Of a stretch of 64,000 nucleotides of DNA, positions 60,293 to 64,000 are shown one piece after another (within the stretch, counting starts at the first letter, position 1; each line of letters starts with the position of its first letter). The notes under the pieces are model-generated. The model searched no databases. It was not told where the DNA came from and was given only the letters and a program-made list of their open reading frames with translations. Origin of the DNA: Anthoceros angustus (lineage: Eukaryota; Plantae; Anthocerotophyta); assembly GCA_010909165.1 (NCBI GenBank), contig MU008170.1:1-64000 (forward strand), read 5' to 3'. The position numbers were made by a program, and so were the translations under genes.

Positions 60293-62289
60293 TTCTCCCT
60301 TCGTTCTAGCTCACGATAAATCCTGCTTCGGCATACTCAGCATCTCCGAAAGCACTGGAACCTTCACAAGTTCATCAACTTCCTGCATCCCCACACGGCC
60401 CCGTTACGCACATAATCCTCGCCAGCGCCAGATACGCGCGACACAGAGCAAGCACACGCCAATTGCATACTGACAGCCGAGATGCCAGCAGAGGTTTTTC
60501 TTTGAAAGAATCACATAACGTCACACAGCCTGAACTGCACCAGCCACGAGATTCACGTGTAAACAGACCGCACCAAGGCCCGGGCAGCCGGCACTCCGGT
60601 CCTGATGCACGTGCAAAGGGACCTGGACCGCGGCAGGCTGCCAGCCCGCCACTTAGGTCTACATTGCCTCAACTTCCGCACAGCAAGCATCCGACAATCG
60701 CAAACACACGGAACGGGGAGAGCACCTCGGACCGCAGCTTCCCACGTCCCGAACAAGGCCTCCTGATTCTCCAACCCGCGCCACAGTGCCACACCGTTGT
60801 GTGTCGGAACCGCGCGGGCTCCAGCAGATCGGAAGAATTCAAATCCCGCAGCGCCGACAATGTCGCGCAGATCTCCGAGTCCGCGAGCCCAATCCGAGGT
60901 CAGGTCAGCTCCCCGCGTGCCCCTGGAACATCCAGGAAACAGGGAGCTGGAGACCTGCGGCTCCCGCGTGCTCCACGGCCAAGGCAGCACCCTGCCTGGA
61001 TCGGAGCCGCGATCAGGGAACTCGGTTGCAAGAAGACGGCGAGTGACGTCACCGGACGGCAGCGCGTTGCCGTCGGGGACAGAGATCCTCGTGGGACAGC
61101 CGAGCCTCCCTCCGGCCTCCTCTGCCACTCGAGCCTAGTTGCCCGCAGTTTTTCTAAGTGGAGCAGGCATTTGGCAGTACCTAGTCTAACACGTCCCGAT
61201 TTGGTCCACCACTACTGTCAAGGCCCATTCCACAACCAGCTTTCCTGGCGTCGGCTACCACCATTCGTCGTTACTGGATTGCCTTCGTTTCTTCTTATTG
61301 CCCTCGTTTCTTCTTATTATTGGTACCGATGACTGCATATTTCCAACCTAAGTAAGGCCATTCAGGGCCGGATGTAGGTCCGGAAACTAAAAAGGACGGT
61401 TGGGAAACGGCAGCCCCAATGGCTGACCCGTTTGAGTCCAGCGGTTTTTTCTCCTTTTTCTCCTTTTGCTTCTTTGTCTTATTTTATTTTTTTTTAAGTT
61501 CTTTCAAAGGGCTGTACACGCTCATGTTTATTCTTCAATTTGATATAATGCCCAGGGAGCCTGCCCGTCAAGAAGCTTTGCAATCTTTGTGTGAGGTTAT
61601 AGATCTTTGTTTTATTAGGTAGTAGACATAATGCTTCTGAAGGTCTAATAGGGAGGATATGGAGTTAGATCCCTCTTTGATCACACTACACCTTTTTCTA
61701 TAAAGGAAGACGACTTCCTTGCTGATGACGGTGCTGATCCTTCATACTGTCTTGCTCTGTATTCAACACTAGAACATGAATGGGACTTTATTGATCATAC
61801 TCCATCTCTCCAATGCATTGAGTATGTAAGTTATTTCTTTCACAACAACTTGCTGAATATGTCTTTGTGGCAGATGACAACAATGAACAAGGCCTCTTTT
61901 GATTCACTTATTTCTCTGATTGAAAGCCATGGCATATTTTACAATCATATTGTTTTTGCTCAAGTTCCTATAATTCTGTAGCTCGCAACTTGCCTGGTTA
62001 AGCTTGGTCATAGTGGCAATGACAATGTCGTTCCTCTGAGACCTCCAGCAGTGGAGGACTAATTTTGGCAGTGTCGTAAATTTCAAGCCAGTACCTTTGT
62101 TGTTTGGAGTGCTAGCTTGTTTTGTTCATACAATTACCTTCTTTTTAGATAGCGGACAGAAAATACATTTCGCTTTGCGAAGCTAAACCTTTTTTCTGGC
62201 TTCGGGCACAAGAAAGGCCTTTGAAAGAGCTACAAAACTATATCTCAATAATTTAAGATTAATAGAATTTATTTATGCTATGTTTGTAT

Positions 62290-62597
62290 ACTTAGGGAGG
62301 AAAAGAATACTGTATTATAAAAAGAGGTGGGAAAAACCCATCCACCCCAAAAACAAAGGGGAAAAACCCAGCGAAGGGCACCATGCCAGGGGGACTAGCC
62401 CCCACGATCACGCATTTCAAAACTACCAACTGCCCAAAGAACTTCGTGGTTAGGGATGTGAAAAGGCTTACTTACCACCGGTGTCAAAGAACCTGCATCT
62501 CCCATGCTCGTTGTCGTTCTGTACACTGCATTGGCCAACGCCCGCTGCAGAGCGATGGAAATCCTACATGGCTACAATAACTGCATAATTATGTGGA
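62290..62597 (-). mobile_element. Short 3'-end copy of the CRE-like retroelement, inverted
   Basis: Its reverse complement matches 63810-63990: GTTGGTAGTTTTGAAATGCGTGAT is identical (24/24) and ACCGGTGGTAAGTA(A/G)GCCTTTTCACATCC is 28/29. Confidence 0.88.
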
Positions 62598-64000
62598 TCC
62601 TTCACCCAGGATTATGTGGACGCGGCTTTGGCTGAGGACCTGGTGCACATCGACGACCTTTCTCAACTGGGAAACCCGCACGTGGCGTTTGGGATCCTCT
62701 CTTTTGGTTTTGTGCGCCGGCCAGGGTACCGTCTCCGAACGGTTGCCCCCTCCCTGGTTTTCTCGTCTAGCTTAAGGAATTTCGACAAGCGGCTTATGCA
62801 GGTTTTCGGCGACATCATCGGCCCAGGCACCTTCCAGTGTGCGGCCGGGGATCTTGCGAAGCAGCAGGAGTTCCTTCCTGTCGCTTTTGGGGGCATTGGT
62901 TTGCTGGCCACGGAGGCCTCCGCGCTAGCGACTTTCTTAGGGAGCTGGGCTCTCTCTGCCCCCATCTTGTCCTCCCGTTTCTTAATTCGGCATTCACATA
63001 TCCTGGAGACTTTTGTCGCGGGTGTTGAGGAGAGGACTTTGCCCATGCAGGCCTCGCTAAGATTAGCCAGGGACTCTTTATCCTCCGAGGCGAGGGCTTC
63101 CCGAGGTTGGGTTCCGGGGGCTTTAGGCGTCCCTCCTGGCGGAACAGTACGAGCAGGCGCTGTTGGCCCCCCTCCGGGATTCCTCTATTCCTAGGCCCAT
63201 TCGGGCTCGTCTCTGCTCTTGCTTGGGGAAGGGGGCAAGTTCTTGGCTTCTGGCTCGACCTAGTATTCAAGCGTTCCGCATCGCACCAGCAACTTTTTCC
63301 ACCGCGATGCGTTTTCGCCTTGGCTTGGTCCAACTTCTGGCTTGCTCTCTTTCAACCTGCAGCTGCGGGGCCCCTCTCGATGACTTTGGGACGCACTTGG
63401 CTCGTTGTCCTACAGGTAGGCACCGTATCGCTACGCATGACGCAGTCTGGGACGTTATGCTCTCTATTGCTAGGGAAGGCGGGTTCCTTCCATTTATGGA
63501 GCGCCCTTATACCCTGCTCAACTTAGAGTTGATGTATTTTTGACCCGGGGGGATCAGGTTTCGGTTGCTGATGTGATTGTAACCCGGATAGTGTCTGCGA
63601 ACATACTATTCTTAACCCTCTAGGTTGGGCGGCCGAGGGATGCGCGATGGCTAAGGTCCACAAGTACTCTCCTATGCAGGACGGCCACGCCTTCGTCCCC
63701 CTTGCCATTGAGACTTACGAAGCCATGGACAAGGATTTCTCTACGTTCGTCAAGGCCTGCCCCATCGCTTATCATAGCCGCAAGAATGGGGTTGGCCTCC
63801 CCCTTTCTTGTATTATTGCTTTCTTCCTGCAAAGGGTTTCCATCGCTCTGCAGGGCGTTGTGTCTGATCTGAGCAAGAAAAGTGCGGGGATGCAGCTTCT
63901 TCTATACCGGTGGTAAGTAGGCCTTTTCACATCCATGACCGTGAAGTTCTTCAGGCGGTTGGTAGTTTTGAAATGCGTGATTGTGGTGCTCTTCGTTGGG
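62598..64000 (+). mobile_element. 5'-truncated, decayed CRE-clade non-LTR retrotransposon with restriction-like endonuclease (runs off the window)
   Basis: Post-RT region LPVAFGGIGL...FLGSW; MRFRLG; Zn knuckle CSCGAPLDDFGTHLARC...HDAV; RLE motif RVDVFLTRGDQVSVADVIVT (63525-63584); KVHKY; FVPLAIETY. Confidence 0.82.

Noticed and set aside
1-64000. rRNA, tRNA or other structured ncRNA genes; bacterial contamination as the source of the methyltransferase
   Set aside because: No cloverleaf or rRNA signature was recognised. The methyltransferase is decayed, lies inside a TIR/TSD-bounded element nested among plant-type repeats, and is contiguous with spliced plant genes.

Overview
Eukaryotic nuclear DNA from a compact land-plant genome with short GT-AG introns of about 80-130 bp. 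A non-seed plant, possibly a hornwort or other bryophyte, is inferred but not proven. The first ~19 kb is a transposon graveyard. The rest is gene-dense: PFK, an EF-hand protein, a MYND+DUF4470 protein, RPAP2/Rtr1, a HESO1-like uridylyltransferase, a macrodomain protein, a rhodanese/TrhO-like protein, TMEM120, RBM22, a USP-kinase-U-box protein, a DUF4864-like plastid protein, a CSE-like esterase and a NIPA8-like transporter. The window ends in a CRE-clade non-LTR retrotransposon relic. The standout is an 8,746-bp DNA transposon (2722-11467) with 32-bp terminal inverted repeats (29/32 identical) and a perfect 4-bp target-site duplication (TATC). It carries two divergent, frameshift-decayed genes. 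One is a DDD (DUF7869/Sola-like) transposase with a C-terminal reader-like barrel domain. The other fuses a ParB/Srx-like domain to a prokaryote-type beta-class N4C/N6A DNA methyltransferase. The element is nested inside a paralogous transposase gene, and removing it restores that gene's conserved MYLG motif. All domain calls come from motif recognition by eye; no database searches were run. No rRNA, tRNA or CRISPR array was found.
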